Shown here one piece after another: positions 17,831 to 20,000 of a DNA stretch of 20,000 nucleotides; position 1 is the stretch's first letter; each line of letters begins with the position of its first letter. The stretch is from Emiliania huxleyi CCMP1516 (lineage: Eukaryota). The stretch is from the NCBI RefSeq assembly GCF_000372725.1, contig NW_005202176.1:159867-179866 (forward strand). Reading direction: 5' to 3'. Position numbers and translations under genes: made by a program. The notes beneath the pieces are model-generated. The model saw nothing but the letters and a program-made list of their open reading frames with translations, was not told the origin of the DNA and made no database searches.

Positions 17831-19913
17831 TCAGCTCCGTCTCCTGCTCTGCCGCTCGTCGATGATAAACTGCGCCGCTCTCTCTCCGATCATGACGCAC
17901 GTCGCGTGCGTGTTGCCGCTCGGCGGCGCAGGCATCACTGACGCGTCGGCCACTCTCAGCCCGTGGACGCCGATGACGCGCAAGTACCGGTCGACGACGG
18001 CGCGCGGGTCGGAGGGGTCGCCCAGCCGCGCAGTGCCGGCGAGGTGGTTGACGGGCAGCTCGGAGCGGTCGCACGCTGGCCGGCCGAGCGTGCGGAACTG
18101 GGCGGGGCCGCAGGCGATGGCGTCGAAGAGCTGCGCGTCGCTCACCGCGTGCTTGCCGGGCAGGATCTCCTCCTGGGGAGGGGAGGGGGGGGGGGGTGAG
18201 GTGGTGAGGTGGGCTGGGCGGAGGCGAGGCGCGGCGGCCGCTGCCTGCACGACCTGCGCCATCGGCTCGAGGCCTGCGATACGGCGCACCTGAGGTGGCG
18301 AGGCCGCGCACGCAGTGGAGGGGGAGGGGTGCAGGGGCGTGCTTTGTGCGTGCGGCGCGACTGCGGTGCGCGACGCGACTGCACGCTCGCAGTGCAGCGC
18401 GCGGAGTGACGCGACCGCTGCTCTCGCTCTAGCGCCGGCGCCTTCCCACGGGAGCGGTGCTACTCCCGGCCGCTACTCTTGCTCGAGCGACTCTGCACTG
18501 GCACCTGCCGCATCGCCCACTGGAGCGGGCGCGAGTCGTTCGCGTCGCGCAGATACGGGCCGGCGAAGAGGGGCGGGTCGGTGAAGCGCGAGGAGCGGAG
18601 CTCGACCCAGCCTGTTCACGGCACGGGGCNNNNNNNNNNNNNNNNNNNNNNNNNNNNNNNNNNNNNNNNNNNNNNNNNNNNNNNNNNNNNNNNNNNNNNN
18701 NNNNNNNNNNNNNNNNNNNNNNNNNNNNNCGGGGTAGATAGCCTTCGGGGAGTGCGATAGACTGGTGAAGCGGGGCGCGATGGGAAAAAAGTAGTAATGG
18801 TGATGGCGGGAGTGCCGGGTGGGTGGGGGGGGGCGAGGTTGCAATCTCCATCGACGCGACTCCGACGAGCCGCTTGGACCACGGGCGCGAGAACTTGTCC
18901 CAAGGGTGCACGGTCAGCTGCAGGTCGGGCTCCGGGCCTGCGGGGCCAGAAGGGGGGCAGGAGCTGTGGATGGGGCAGGAGCTGTGGGGAGGAGCTGTGG
19001 GGAGGAGCTGTGGGAGGTGCAGTGAGGCGAGGCGGCGGGGCGAGGCAGAGGCGAGGAGAGAGGCAGAGGCGAGGAGAGAGGCAGTGGCGAGGTAGAGGCG
19101 AGGAGAGGTAGAGGCAGAGGCGGGGCAGAGGCAGAGGCGAGGTAGAGGCAGAGGCGGGGGAGAGGCAGAGGCGAGGAGAGGTAGAGGCAGAGGCGGGGCG
19201 AGGCAGAGGCGAGGTCGAGGCAGCGAGAGTCCCACATCGCGCCGCACCTTTGGCGTAGGGAGAGCGGAGGAAGGCGCCAACCGACATGCCGGGCGAACCG
19301 AGCGACGAGTTTGACCGGTGGCCTGGCAGCAGCAGCACGACGGAGGGTGGTGAGGAGCACACCGATGCGGCGAGTGACGGGTTGGGCCGGTGTGGTATGT
19401 ATATGCCTACAGCAGGTGGAGGACGGCGCTGGCACCACCAGGAGCAGAGGCGAGGCACGAGCTGGAGGTGCTGGCCTGCGGCGTACATGGCGCGCTGCTG
19501 CGCGCAATAGTCTGCGTGCGGCTGGTCCTCCTCCGCCTGATAAGAAGGCGGAGACCGACGGTCTAGTAACAGTAGCAGCCTGCCTGCGCGTCCCACGGAG
19601 GCGTCAGCGGCACACGGCGAGGCGCCTTGTTTTGCCGGCGCTTGAAACCTCGCTGTATCGGGGCTGCATCTCGGGCTGCATCTCGGGCTGCATCTGCATC
19701 TCGGAATGCATCTCGGCTGCATCTCGGGCTGCATCTCGGAATGCATCTCGGGCTGCATCTCGGAATGCATCTCGGCTGCATCTCGGAATGCATCTCGGCT
19801 GCATCTCGGGCTGCATCTCGGCTATATCTCGGGCTGCATCTCCGCCTGGGTGCCGAGCCGACACTTGAAGAAGTTTCGCTTGCGCGTCGCCCACTGCATG
19901 ATGGCGTAGACGC
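17831..19913 (-). CDS. GMC oxidoreductase (choline dehydrogenase-like), 3' exons; 5'-partial
   Basis: Inferred exons: 19846-19913, 19476-19536, 19248-19322, ~18840-18937 (PEPDLQL), assembly gap, 18505-18611 (GWVELRSSRFTDPPLFAGPYL...D), 18245-18289, and 17831-18173 (EILPG...NHLAGTARLG...AVVDRYLRVIGVHGLRVADASVMPAPPSGNTHATCVMIGERAA, the GMC C-terminal His/Asn motifs). The gene continues beyond the window. Confidence 0.9.
18630..18729. other. Assembly gap (100 N)
   Basis: Run of n characters. Confidence 1.
18955..19223. repeat. Intronic low-complexity tandem repeats: (GGAGCTGTGG..)n then (GAGGCA/GAGGC)n
   Basis: Seen directly within the inferred GT-AG intron 18938-19247. Confidence 0.9.
19654..19843. 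repeat. Intronic 11-12-mer minisatellite (GCATCTCGG + GCT/CT/AAT)n
   Basis: About 15 variant units within the inferred GC-AG intron 19537-19845. Confidence 0.92.
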
Positions 19914-20000
19914 CTGAGATATAGCCGAGATGCATGATGGCGTAGACGCCTGACCGCACGCCGTCGAGGCCTCCTCGCAGGGAGGAGGGGGAGGGGGAGG

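Noticed and set aside
18429..19917. Long ORFs with repetitive peptides (MQPEMHSE, ASASTSP)
   Set aside because: Translations of intronic minisatellites, some running through the N gap.

Overview
GC-rich eukaryotic DNA with short GC-AG and GT-AG introns, microsatellite-filled introns and a 100-N scaffold gap. The style and gene families suggest a haptophyte alga such as Emiliania/Gephyrocapsa huxleyi (inference). Genes: the 3' part of a tesmin/TSO1 (CRC-domain) gene, a GT32-type DXD glycosyltransferase fused to TPR repeats, an F-box-like/Kelch gene, a DGAT2/MGAT acyltransferase, a ~4.4 kb intronless Pro/Cys-rich membrane protein gene broken by a 1-nt frameshift, an Rpp20/POP7 (Alba-fold) gene, and the 3' exons of a GMC oxidoreductase. 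Gene debris: an F-box/RCC1 pseudogene joined to a signal-peptide gene stub, and a truncated ankyrin gene. The most notable structure not explained by genes is two non-autonomous DNA transposons. The first (6274-7870) is TTAA-flanked and Kolobok/T2-like, with a nested 264-bp near-perfect inverted repeat and a diverged internal tandem duplication carrying conserved palindromes. The second (15254-16410) is TAAA-flanked, with ends built from CCATTCT-N7-AGAATGG hairpin modules. Also seen: a tandem array of 19-bp palindromes (4206-4275) and 7-9 nt direct repeats at several intron boundaries. All calls come from reading the sequence; no database searches were run.
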